From Zestosphaera tikiterensis (GTDB lineage Archaea; Thermoproteota; Thermoprotei_A; Sulfolobales; NBVN01), in contig NBVN01000004.1 of NCBI GenBank assembly GCA_003056265.1, positions 1 to 32,000 of the forward strand: a DNA stretch of 32,000 nucleotides, read 5' to 3'. Under the pieces are notes generated by a model. That model was not told where the DNA came from. It did no database searches and saw only the letters and a program-made list of their open reading frames with translations. Position 1 is the first letter of the stretch. Every line of letters starts with the position of its first letter. The position numbers and the translations under genes are program-made. This document shows, in pieces, positions 1-8,573 of the stretch.

Positions 1-476
1 AAGCCAGCTGTGTTGAACGGATCGGCGAAAATCTTAAACATAGGTAGGTTGAAGGCTCCAGGCTCTGTTTTATCAGCCATGAAAACCACTATAGGTTCTG
101 AAGGACGTTCAACGAACTCCATCTCAGCAACTCCAGGGCCTAAACCCCTTACATTACCTGAGAAAGCCTCAGTCAGTAAATCCTGTCCAGCAGCGTAAAG
201 CCCTAACTCTTGAGCTACTTTAGCAGCTTCCTTAAAAGCATTCCAAGCTAGCTCATGTATTTTAGGTGAGTCCACGCCCTCCTTATGAGTCATAATCAAC
301 TGCAGATCGTCACCTACGTTCGTTACGTAGAAATCGATGATTAAACCTCTACTCTTGGCTTCAGCTAAGACTTTAGTAGCTATGGCTAACGTATCCGGGT
401 GGACTATGTGGTGACCCGCTAACGAACCTATATCAGCTTTAATTACAGAAACGGTTGTTTTAAACTCTTGACTCAT
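1..476 (-). CDS. fbp: fructose-1,6-bisphosphate aldolase/phosphatase (class V FBPase), N-terminal part; the gene runs off the left edge
   Basis: Absent from the ORF track because there is no stop in the window. My minus-strand translation from ATG 476-474 gives MSQEFKTTVSVIKADIGSLAGHHIVHPDTLAIATKVLAEAKSRGLIIDFYVTNVGDDLQLIMTHKEG...FSGNVRGLGPGVAEMEF. This is the signature N-terminus of the archaeal bifunctional FBP aldolase/phosphatase family. Confidence 0.85.
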   Translation of the reverse strand, partial: MSQEFKTTVSVIKADIGSLAGHHIVHPDTLAIATKVLAEAKSRGLIIDFYVTNVGDDLQLIMTHKEGVDSPKIHELAWNAFKEAAKVAQELGLYAAGQDLLTEAFSGNVRGLGPGVAEMEFVERPSEPIVVFMADKTEPGAFNLPMFKIFADPFNTAG

Positions 477-535
477 GTGAACCACCTAAGGAGATATTCT
501 TAAGATTAGTAATAAGCTTTATTTAACCTACGGTT

Positions 536-2500
536 TTAACACTTACTTAAAGGGCTGAAGTTAATTATTGTTGACCTACCAGGTATAAACCTGATGAGGT
601 AGTCCTCGTTGAGGTCTCGAGGGTCGTAAGGGGTTTTATCCTTTATGTGTTTAAGGAACTCCCTAGCTATGGAGTTCGGTTCTTCATCGCCAGGTGTTAA
701 GGTTATATACGTTATGCATGACTTACTGACTAGGTCTTCAGGACCTACAACGATCTCATAGTACTTCTCATCAATTACCTTCAACCCAAGCGATAGCTTC
801 AAAACTACGTTTTTAATGAAGTTCTTCTGCCCGTAAATCATAAACGAACCCTTAGGTAGGTATTGACCTGGAGGTGCTGCTTTACTTACTTGAGAACCCC
901 AAACCCAAAAAACGTCTACTGAAGTGAGGCCTGTCGTCCAACCCCTACTGTAGGAAGCCGCTAAAACAGCTACTTCCTTAAGATCGACTTCCTGCGGTTC
1001 CCTACCCTCAGTTAATATAACGAATGCTGAAGCTCCGTGAACGTCAGCGTGCATGAATATATCCCTATCGCTTAAGTATTTCCGTACGATCTTCTCGTTC
1101 TGTTGAGCGTCCCTACCCCCAATAGCTAGGAAACCGTTTGTAGTACGTATCCAATGATAGTTTGAATACCACTGCACCTCTTTAAGTAAGGTTTTACGCG
1201 TTAGCTTCTCCTTCTCAACCTCAGTTACTTCCTTCAAGCTTTTCTCGATTTCTAAGGCTTTCTCCTCAGCTTTACGGATCTTCTCTTCAAGCTGTTTTAA
1301 CTCACGCTTAAGGTTGAAATACTGCGTTTTAAAATCTTCAAGTATGTTAAAAGTAAGCTTCAAGCCATTTAAGTTAATTACGTAAACACCTTCGTTGCTA
1401 AATACCTCATCAACCTTACATAGCTCTCTTACCTTACCCCAACCATATCTCTTCACGACATCATAAACGCATGACCACATACCCTCTAATTCCGCATATC
1501 GTTCCTCAACTATTTTAAGCTTTAAATCAACTTCGGAATACCTTCTTTTCGCGTCTGATAATTCAGTCCTTACCTTATCTAAGGTCTTCTCCAGCTTTCG
1601 CTTCTCGTGTTCAACGCCTTCCCCTACTTCTTTCTTGGTGGAGATCGATGTAAAATATTCGTCTAAAGCTTCGTTGAAAGTCTTAAAATCCATCAAAACG
1701 CAGTTGTCGCTATGCTTGATCTTTAAAGGTTTAAACGGGTAGAAATGCGTTGGTGTCGAATCACATATCACAACAACAGGTTGCGGATTATTAACCGCAG
1801 ACTCTATGAAGTTCCTTAGGCTTAAGTAGATGTTATGGGCTTCTTCCACCGTGAGTTCACTAACGCTTTTCTTTCGTATATCCTCATCTAAAACTTCATT
1901 AACTAACTCTGGAGGCAAACCTAAAGACTTAACGAGACTCTTACCTACTTCCCTATCTATACGTAGTTTCTCATAAAACTCATTAAAGCTTAGCTCAAGG
2001 AAATTTGGGAACGTAGGTGGGTATGCGTAAACTAACCCAGGATGTAAAACCCTATCCTTAAGGTTTAGATCTACAGTATTCACTAAAACTTTACCTGTGT
2101 CTTTCTCAACAACTGAAATCACCCCCCTAGGGAGGAGCTCAACGACTATTTTAATGTCTTTACCGCTTGATTTAACATACATTTCTAGGATTCTTTCAAA
2201 ACCATATTGAGAAACCTCATAAACCCTACCGCCACGTAAGTAACGCCTGAAAACACCTACTCTACCTTTGGAAGTTCCTGTGGTTATGTGTCTAGTTAAA
2301 TTAATCCTAGATCCTCCCTCAATAATTAAGTACGTTATCTCGCCGTTGGCTAGCTTAAGCTTAAGCAAAAGGGAGTTAACGTCTTCTAAGCCGTAGACAT
2401 TGTCTATGAGTGAATTCGTTAATATTGAGTTAAGCTCCTTAGCTATGACAGCTACGTCCAACGCAGTTAAGCTTTTCTTAATCTTTAACTGCCCGCTCAC
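536..2500 (-). CDS. NFACT/Rqc2 (FbpA N-terminal plus DUF814) family protein, archaeal ribosome-quality-control homologue
   Basis: 654-aa ORF. N-terminal NFACT-N-like region, central coiled coil (KRELKQLEEKIRKAEEKALEIEKSLKE), and a DUF814-like block (GGRDAQQNEKIVRKYLSDRDIFMHADVHGASAFVIL). Confidence 0.75.
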   Translation of the reverse strand: MSGQLKIKKSLTALDVAVIAKELNSILTNSLIDNVYGLEDVNSLLLKLKLANGEITYLIIEGGSRINLTRHITTGTSKGRVGVFRRYLRGGRVYEVSQYGFERILEMYVKSSGKDIKIVVELLPRGVISVVEKDTGKVLVNTVDLNLKDRVLHPGLVYAYPPTFPNFLELSFNEFYEKLRIDREVGKSLVKSLGLPPELVNEVLDEDIRKKSVSELTVEEAHNIYLSLRNFIESAVNNPQPVVVICDSTPTHFYPFKPLKIKHSDNCVLMDFKTFNEALDEYFTSISTKKEVGEGVEHEKRKLEKTLDKVRTELSDAKRRYSEVDLKLKIVEERYAELEGMWSCVYDVVKRYGWGKVRELCKVDEVFSNEGVYVINLNGLKLTFNILEDFKTQYFNLKRELKQLEEKIRKAEEKALEIEKSLKEVTEVEKEKLTRKTLLKEVQWYSNYHWIRTTNGFLAIGGRDAQQNEKIVRKYLSDRDIFMHADVHGASAFVILTEGREPQEVDLKEVAVLAASYSRGWTTGLTSVDVFWVWGSQVSKAAPPGQYLPKGSFMIYGQKNFIKNVVLKLSLGLKVIDEKYYEIVVGPEDLVSKSCITYITLTPGDEEPNSIAREFLKHIKDKTPYDPRDLNEDYLIRFIPGRSTIINFSPLSKC

Positions 2501-2516
2501 TGCCTTACCCCAAAAA

Positions 2517-3050
2517 TTAACGTTTTAAATTTAAGCAAAGTACTTCTCTAGAGCTTACCTCATAAGTTACGTAGCAACCTAACTTATCAATCATTACGTT
2601 ATCTTTAGACGTACATAACACCGTAAGTAAAGCAACCCCATCTAAACTTAAAACACGTTTAACTTCCTCATATACTTTTAACTCAGTGCCGCATACTATA
2701 GCTGTTACTGAAATCAGAGTTTTAATGGAGTTACTTCTGAAAGGCATAATGAACATATCACCAGCTACTACGTCACCAACCAAGCTTAGGTTTTCAAGCT
2801 TCTCTCTAGCCTTAGAAAGTAACTTAGGACTTAAGTCTAAACCTACGTAGTAAAGTACATCACTTATTAACGCATCATTGATTAACCCGCCGGAACCGCA
2901 ACCGACATCGACTACTACATCTTTTAGCCTTATGTTCATCTCAGTTAGTACTTCATTGATAATAGCATACTTGCTTCTCTGTTCATCACCGTAGAGTTCA
3001 TCATATACGCTACTTAACTCTTCATACCATTCAAGGACGTCTTCAGACAC
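2517..3050 (-). CDS. class I SAM-dependent methyltransferase
   Basis: 177 aa with the motif I glycine loop VVDVGCGSGGL followed by an acidic loop (VGLDLS). Confidence 0.7.
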   Translation of the reverse strand: MSEDVLEWYEELSSVYDELYGDEQRSKYAIINEVLTEMNIRLKDVVVDVGCGSGGLINDALISDVLYYVGLDLSPKLLSKAREKLENLSLVGDVVAGDMFIMPFRSNSIKTLISVTAIVCGTELKVYEEVKRVLSLDGVALLTVLCTSKDNVMIDKLGCYVTYEVSSREVLCLNLKR

Positions 3051-3071
3051 GCCTTAAATCCCCGTATGTTT

Positions 3072-3443
3072 TTAACGGCTGTTACTGCCCTTAAGGTAAG
3101 AACTCCATAGATCTCTATACTTCCTTATTCTTTCGTCATTACGTAGGACATCAACTTTTATTGACTCTTCTCTTAAAGAGATTAAGAACGTCTTCTCACC
3201 CTCGGGAGTGAAGGTAGCCCTAATCCCTTCCCTAACGTTCACTATGCCTAACCTACTTAACTCATCAATAGCTTCCATAACTACTTCATCATTAGCCGGC
3301 ACATCATCTAAAGCCTTCGTGAAGACCTTATACTCATCAAGAAGCTCGGGAAGCCATAAAGCACCCATACATAAGTATAGAACTCTAATAACATCACCCA
3401 TGACTTTATTCATACCTGAATCAGACTTAAGTAACTCCTCCAA
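3072..3443 (-). CDS. hypothetical protein (possibly winged-helix-like)
   Basis: 123-aa ORF with host-like codon usage. No motif I can name. The antisense ORF 3208-3525 is judged spurious. Confidence 0.5.
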   Translation of the reverse strand: MEELLKSDSGMNKVMGDVIRVLYLCMGALWLPELLDEYKVFTKALDDVPANDEVVMEAIDELSRLGIVNVREGIRATFTPEGEKTFLISLREESIKVDVLRNDERIRKYRDLWSSYLKGSNSR

Positions 3444-3521
3444 AGTTCCTCACCTCTACATTACGTGCTTAACATTTAATAAAGTTAGCCATCGCCTGCT
3501 CTGCGTAATTCCTCGATGTTC

Positions 3522-3541
3522 TTAAATACTTTTAATTGCTT
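3522..3541. repeat. 20-nt exact repeat ttaaatacttttaattgctt, copy A (copy B at 31336-31355)
   Basis: Identical 20-mer found by eye at both places. On the minus strand it covers the last codons (..SN), the stop and the first downstream bases of a small ORF. Confidence 0.8.
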
Positions 3542-3621
3542 CTCTCTACACTTAATCTACACTTAAGCTTGCATTCTGGGTGGGTAACTTTTGTTTGGAA
3601 TTGATGAGGAAGTTTAACCAC
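3532..3621 (-). pseudogene. truncated or degenerate copy of the small ORF found intact at 31346-31486
   Basis: Minus-strand GTG..TAA reads VVKLPHQFQTKVTHPECKLKCRLSVERSN. It aligns at nucleotide level with copy B (GT.GTTAAA, TACCCACC.A.GAAT.C, AAGCT.AAG, GA.A.AAGCAATTAAAAGTATTTAA) but with internal deletions. Confidence 0.35.
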
Positions 3622-3727
3622 TCATCCTACGGGTTGAAGCCAGACGTTGTGGGGAACAAAAACATGAGGGGATGAAGAAATTAATCGAAAATGACGTTCA
3701 GACCCGAACCCCAGCGTTAAAGTTAAA

Positions 3728-5746
3728 TCATCTTAACTCATCAGGACGTGGAGGGGTAACACCCCTCTGCCCTTGATATTTTCCCGCATACGGTTTATAA
3801 ACAGGGCTACTTGTCCTAAGCAGCACGACATGAAGGAACCTCTGCTTTGGATAAACTTTAACTGGGATTGTACTGCCGATCAACTCTATAGTAATGTTTC
3901 CTTTAAAACCGCTATCTATGACCGTGTTGTGTGTTATTGTAGCATACGATAAATGCCAATGACTTCTAGTTTCCCAATCAATAATAGGTCCTTCATACAT
4001 GCTTGTCTCTATCTTCTTAACTTTTACCCATCGAAATCTCGCAGCGCTCATAATGTCGTTTATCGCTTTTTCCCAACCAACTGGTTTATAATGACGGAGT
4101 TTGGAGTTCACGAAAGCTATTTCGCTTATTGGAATACGACCCCTACGTATATAGTTCTGTAGTGTTCGATACATTTCTTCGTCATCTCTCGGCAGCGATG
4201 ACAGCACTTTCTTCGCATGTAATGATAGGGGAATTAAATCTACGGTTTCTCTCCCAGGCAATTGTTTGAGGGATTTTTGCGAGTTATTTATCCACGCTCT
4301 TAATATACGTCGTGATGTTAAACCATTTACTCTTACAGCATATATTTTCCCCTCATGACAACGCGAGCAAGGCTTTACATAAACAGAAGCGTAGATCCCA
4401 AGACGCGTTAGTAATAACTTAGTTTCAATCGCTAATTCACGACTAACAGTATATAAAACGACGTCTTCGGTTTTACTACTGTATCCATCTGCGTCAAATA
4501 ATCCGCTTAAGAATCTCGATATAGCTAGATTAGAAGATTGCGAAATAGTTCTGGGAATCCTCTTCTCTCGCTGGTAAACTGCAACACCCTCTCTGAAATG
4601 TTCGAACATCCAGTCTCTAAGTATGCGTGACTTAATGTAGAGAACATATTCATCGCCTTGCCGCTTAATATCGAATGGTGCATTGAATAGCTTCAACGCT
4701 ATTTCACCATAGTGAGTTAACCTTTCTTCATCGCTACCAGTTGCTACGGGGAATCGATATCTTTTAAGGGAATTACCGTCGCCTACGTAATAACCGATAA
4801 AACTAGCTACATCACTAACTTTACGAGTGTAGTTTTTCGCCGGTACTCTCTCATCCCTGAAACCGCTTATGTCGATGTGGTCTATAACGTCCAGTATGTT
4901 GATTCCTAATATCTCCAACATCTTATGAAGTTCATTAAATCTAACACCGTAATTGTCGTTTATTAAGTTTCTGACATAGGATCTTGACCGTCCAAGAGTA
5001 TGTGCTAGCTTCGTAAGACTAAGGTTTTCCTGCTCCACCTTATCCCTTATGACGTCAGCAAGCTCATCACTAATGCGAACACGTGCTGATCCGTGAGGAA
5101 GTAATAGTAAATCATCATTCTTTAGTATCGGGGAACGCATTACGGCAACTAAGTCTCCTGGTTTAAGTAAAGCCGCTGGTTTTTCATCGTATGGCGGGGA
5201 TTTCGTTTCATCAAATACTAGGTATTTATGGTTTGGCGTAACTATTTCAGGTATGTCATCTATATATACGTTGACCATCTCTCCTTGGTACTCCATAACC
5301 ATTTTACGGGTGCTCCACTCGCCAGTGAATGGATCAAACACGCTTCCGGCTTCACCAGCCTTTATTGGAATCCCTCCGTTACCTAACAACCAGCTATCTG
5401 GGTGAAAACATGGTGGTATGTAGAGGCCGTATCTTGCGAACGTACTTCTGAGGTTTACCAACCCGACAAGATCGTGAGGGAGTTCCACATATTCAAGGGT
5501 TGTAGCTAATATGTGCTCTAACGGATTTATCACGAAGCCTTCATCGTTAGCTTCAAAACACTCTAGGAAATCGTTAATTCCCTGCCTTAAAGTATCAATG
5601 ATATGCCCTGATTTTCTAAACCTGCAGAAAACCTCCCCAAACCTTAAATCAACGCCGTTCTCCCTAACCGTATCTTCAAATAGAGGGTCAATCACGAGAA
5701 GTTTTTTCTCGAGGTATACGCGAATATCCCAATCACTTAAAATCAA
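3728..5746 (-). CDS. dcd: dCTP deaminase precursor containing a 495-aa intein
   Basis: Extein residues 1-112 (MILSDWDIRVYLEKKLLVIDP...LVNLRSTFARYGLYIPP) and 608-672 (TVIDSGFKGNITIELIG...YQGQRGVTPPRPDE) join into a typical 177-aa Dcd. The intervening sequence has intein hallmarks. Confidence 0.9.
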   Translation of the reverse strand: MILSDWDIRVYLEKKLLVIDPLFEDTVRENGVDLRFGEVFCRFRKSGHIIDTLRQGINDFLECFEANDEGFVINPLEHILATTLEYVELPHDLVGLVNLRSTFARYGLYIPPCFHPDSWLLGNGGIPIKAGEAGSVFDPFTGEWSTRKMVMEYQGEMVNVYIDDIPEIVTPNHKYLVFDETKSPPYDEKPAALLKPGDLVAVMRSPILKNDDLLLLPHGSARVRISDELADVIRDKVEQENLSLTKLAHTLGRSRSYVRNLINDNYGVRFNELHKMLEILGINILDVIDHIDISGFRDERVPAKNYTRKVSDVASFIGYYVGDGNSLKRYRFPVATGSDEERLTHYGEIALKLFNAPFDIKRQGDEYVLYIKSRILRDWMFEHFREGVAVYQREKRIPRTISQSSNLAISRFLSGLFDADGYSSKTEDVVLYTVSRELAIETKLLLTRLGIYASVYVKPCSRCHEGKIYAVRVNGLTSRRILRAWINNSQKSLKQLPGRETVDLIPLSLHAKKVLSSLPRDDEEMYRTLQNYIRRGRIPISEIAFVNSKLRHYKPVGWEKAINDIMSAARFRWVKVKKIETSMYEGPIIDWETRSHWHLSYATITHNTVIDSGFKGNITIELIGSTIPVKVYPKQRFLHVVLLRTSSPVYKPYAGKYQGQRGVTPPRPDELR
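3926..5410 (-). mobile_element. intein with LAGLIDADG homing-endonuclease domain and an XRE-like HTH insert
   Basis: Starts with Cys113 (TGT at 5410-5408, CFHPDSW). Block B is TPNHKYLV. LAGLIDADG motifs are FIGYYVGDGNS (4769-4801) and LSGLFDADGYS (4478-4510). It ends ..ATITHN (Asn607 at 3928-3926), followed by the +1 Thr of the C-extein. Confidence 0.9.
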
Positions 5747-5910
5747 ATTACCTCACCCACCGCCCCTTAACGTTTTACCTCTACTAACATTAAAAACACT
5801 ACCCTCAGGAGCTACTGGTAAATATCATGAAATCGTTTTATATGATTTAATATTAACACCTATAAAAATTTATGTTGTAAATCGCTTCTTTTAAATGGTG
5901 GTCTATAGCG

Positions 5911-7287
5911 ATGTCCAGTCATAGACTCTTCGGTACCGACGGCGTTAGGGGGGTTGTTAACGTTGATTTAACGCCTGAATTTACGGTTAGGCTATCTTTA
6001 GCAATAGCATCATACTTTAAAAACGGATCTAGAATAGTTGTGGGACGTGATTACAGGGCGGGTAGTGAGTTTATCTCGAAAATAGTCATAGGTTCTTTAG
6101 TTTCAGCTGGGGTTAAAGTTTACGATGCTGGTTTAACGCCGACCCCAGCCCTTCAATACTACGTTAAATCTTTAGGTTTTGATGGAGGTATAATGATTAC
6201 AGCCTCGCATAACCCGCCTGAATACAGTGGCATTAAAGTAGTTATGTCCGACGGTATTGAAGCTCCTAGGGAAGTTGAGGAGGAGATTGAGAGTTATTTC
6301 CACGAACTTAGGTTTAGGAGGATTCCCTGGCATGAGTTAAGGCATCAGGTCATAAGGTTAAACGACGTAAATGACTTCTACGTCGAGGGTATTTTAAAGC
6401 TTGTTGATGTTGAGAAAATCAGACGTAAACCCTTTAAAGTGATTGTAGATCCTGCTAACAACGTTGGGGGTTTAACAACGCCTAAACTTTTAAGAAAGCT
6501 TAACGTGAAGGTCGTAACCGTGAATTCAGACTTAAGCGTAGAACCCTATAGGGAACCTGAACCCATTAAGGAAAACATTAACTACCTATCCGATTTAGTT
6601 AGGTTCTTTAAAGCTGACTTCGCAGTAGCGCATGACGGAGATGCCGATAGAGCCATTTTCGTAGATGATGAAGGAAATATAGTCTTAGGTGATAGGTCAG
6701 CTGTAATACTCTGCAAGCACTTAATCCTCAATAGGAATGAAAAAAGCCCTAAAAGAGTAGTTACTGCGGTTTCCTCATCAACTGTGGTTGAGGATATCTT
6801 AAGTAGGTACGGTGTTGAGGTTTTATGGACGAAGGTAGGGAGTGTTATCATAGCTAGGACTATGTTGAGTATAGGTGCTTTAGCGGGTTTTGAAGAAAAT
6901 GGTGGTTTTATGTACCCACCACATCAGTACGTCCGGGATGGGGCTATGTCAACTGCTTTAATGTTGGAATACTTAGCTATGTCTAACAGGAAATTAAGTG
7001 AAGCACATAAAGAAATCCCCGCGAGATACGTCGTTAAAGCTAAGGTCCCCTTAACTAATAGGTCTAAGTTACCCGATTTAATAGACACCCTTAAGTCTAT
7101 GTACTCTACCTACTACAGGGTAATAGATGTGGATGGGGTAAAAGTAATAACTGATAGCTACTGGTTCTTAGTGAGGCCTTCCGGCACAGAACCTTTAATT
7201 AGGGTTTTCGTAGAAGGAAGTGATGAAGGGGAGGTTAACGAAACTCTAAATAACCTTAAGCAGATTATTAAGGAGGTGTTAGGTTGA
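5911..7287 (+). CDS. glmM: phosphohexomutase (phosphoglucosamine/phosphomannomutase family)
   Basis: 458 aa. Active-site serine loop TASHNPPEYSGIKV, metal loop AHDGDADRA, and sugar and phosphate loops (GFEENGG, RPSGTEPLIRV). Confidence 0.8.
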   Translation: MSSHRLFGTDGVRGVVNVDLTPEFTVRLSLAIASYFKNGSRIVVGRDYRAGSEFISKIVIGSLVSAGVKVYDAGLTPTPALQYYVKSLGFDGGIMITASHNPPEYSGIKVVMSDGIEAPREVEEEIESYFHELRFRRIPWHELRHQVIRLNDVNDFYVEGILKLVDVEKIRRKPFKVIVDPANNVGGLTTPKLLRKLNVKVVTVNSDLSVEPYREPEPIKENINYLSDLVRFFKADFAVAHDGDADRAIFVDDEGNIVLGDRSAVILCKHLILNRNEKSPKRVVTAVSSSTVVEDILSRYGVEVLWTKVGSVIIARTMLSIGALAGFEENGGFMYPPHQYVRDGAMSTALMLEYLAMSNRKLSEAHKEIPARYVVKAKVPLTNRSKLPDLIDTLKSMYSTYYRVIDVDGVKVITDSYWFLVRPSGTEPLIRVFVEGSDEGEVNETLNNLKQIIKEVLG

Positions 7288-7676
7288 GGTACGCGTTACT
7301 TAACCTGTTGGCTTGCCCTATGTGTAAGAACTTTCCGCTAGAGTTAACCATCTTTGAGTTAAAGAAGTTTGAAAAAGAGTATAAAGTTGCGAAGCCTTTC
7401 TGCGACACATACTGCGCTAGACATAAAGAATACATTAAAAACTTAAACGTTAACAACCTAGAGTGTGAGGAATGCGTGAAGGAAGACGTCGTTAACGGCA
7501 TCTTATTCTGCAGTAAGTGCGGTCGTTGGTACCCCATAATCGAAGGTATTCCGTTCATGTATCCAGACAGTAGGAGACAACACCCAAGAGTCAAGTCTAA
7601 AGAGGACGAGTTTCTAAGAAAGTTTTGGAGTCTTATCCCAGACAACATTAAGGAGCGAATTAAAGCCACAACGTAG
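7284..7676 (+). CDS. Trm112-like zinc-ribbon protein
   Basis: LLACPMCK...GILFCSKCGRWYPIIEGIPFMYPD matches the Trm112/UPF0434 pattern. The TTG start overlaps the upstream stop by 4 nt, suggesting translational coupling. Confidence 0.55.
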   Translation: MRYALLNLLACPMCKNFPLELTIFELKKFEKEYKVAKPFCDTYCARHKEYIKNLNVNNLECEECVKEDVVNGILFCSKCGRWYPIIEGIPFMYPDSRRQHPRVKSKEDEFLRKFWSLIPDNIKERIKATT

Positions 7677-7678
7677 TT

Positions 7679-8152
7679 TTATTTAAATCTTCTCCTCCTC
7701 GGTCTTGTAGATAACTCTATGGTTTTATCCTCAGCTACCACCTTATTCTTAACCTCATCTAAAGCCGTCTTCAACTCATTAAGTAGGTTTTCATCAAGTT
7801 TGTTTTGCGTGAGGAACTCCTTCCCTAAGCTTGTTAACCTAAGCTTTCTAGTGACTTGATTCGTCTCTATAAGCCCTAAATACAGTAATATCCTTATATC
7901 TTCACTTACTTCCTTACTGCTAGGGACTTGCCCCACCAACGTGAAGTTGTATGTGAAAGCTATATTCTTCTCCGTCTTCAAGATGTAAACGGCGTTGATT
8001 AAGCCTTTCTCTGAAACCTCATTTAATTCGTTGATTATATGGAGAATTTTAAGCTTGTTTAAGTCTTTCTTAACGGCGTCGAGGGTGACTACAGGCCTAG
8101 CTATGATTTTCAATTCCTTTGTTGTAGACGTGCTTTGCCCTTTCTGAGACAT
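7679..8152 (-). CDS. hypothetical protein with basic C-terminal tail
   Basis: 157-aa ORF ending RPRRRRFK. No recognisable motif. The antisense ORF 7268-7669 is spurious. Confidence 0.5.
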   Translation of the reverse strand: MSQKGQSTSTTKELKIIARPVVTLDAVKKDLNKLKILHIINELNEVSEKGLINAVYILKTEKNIAFTYNFTLVGQVPSSKEVSEDIRILLYLGLIETNQVTRKLRLTSLGKEFLTQNKLDENLLNELKTALDEVKNKVVAEDKTIELSTRPRRRRFK

Positions 8153-8240
8153 ATGTCGCTCCCTTATAGGTTTGTTTTAACTAGTTTAAATATATTCCTT
8201 CCGCAATACCTTCATAAATAATTTAAGCTTAGGTAAGCCG

Positions 8241-8257
8241 TTAATATATTTTTATTA
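8241..8257 (+). promoter_or_regulatory. TATA-box-like element for the TIP49 gene
   Basis: ttaatatatttttatta is centred about 24 nt upstream of the GTG at 8272. This spacing fits leaderless archaeal transcripts. Confidence 0.45.
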
Positions 8258-8271
8258 TTGGGGTGTGAAAA

Positions 8272-8367
8272 GTGAGTGAGATTCGAGAGATTAAAGCCGT
8301 AAGGCCTGAAGTTGCTTTAAGCCTTCACAGCCATATAAGGGGGTTAGGTCTTGACGATAGAGGAGAG
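8272..8367 (+). pseudogene. 5' fragment (about 32 codons) of the TIP49/RuvB-like ATPase gene, separated from the rest by an insertion
   Basis: My translation gives VSEIREIKAVRPEVALSLHSHIRGLGLDDRGE, the conserved TIP49 N-terminus (HSHI.GLGLD). The frame then reads into unrelated sequence and stops at 8392-8394. Confidence 0.8.
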
Positions 8368-8374
8368 CGTTCCC

Positions 8375-8573
8375 CAGACCACGGTATTTCTTGATGTTCT
8401 CAATTGCTCTTAGTTCCGTGGTCTGCTTCATCACGCTTCCTCTCGGAGCCCCTCACCGCAGTAGCTCTGCTCTAGTTGCCTAGAGCTTCAAAGCCCTACG
8501 GATCTCGGAACCCCGAGGTCACCGATAGCTTTATAGGTTTAATAGCTTATAAAGTTTTCTGAGGCTATAGCCT
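8375..8573 (+). ncRNA. candidate structured RNA (GC-rich leader of the insertion)
   Basis: Perfect 10-bp stem CAGACCACGG (8375-8384) with CCGTGGTCTG (8416-8425). Hairpin GCTCTAG-ttgc-CTAGAGC (8469-8486). Hairpin GATCTCGG-aacc-CCGAGGTC (8501-8520), whose T:G pair is only a wobble on the + strand. Hairpin CTTTATA..TATAAAG (8529-8554). Palindrome AGGCTATAGCCT (8562-8573) overlaps the TTG start. GC content is clearly above the flanks. Confidence 0.35.

Noticed and set aside
10-198. The 62-aa + strand ORF at the left edge.
   Set aside because: It is antisense to the clearly recognisable FBP aldolase/phosphatase coding sequence.
3601-3720. TGATGA-like motifs (3602-3607, GATGAAGA at 3671-3678) and GC hairpins downstream of dcd might be a C/D sRNA.
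   Set aside because: No properly spaced D or D' boxes on either strand. A GATGAG/CTCATC hairpin accounts for the first motif. The region is better described as part of the repeated module.
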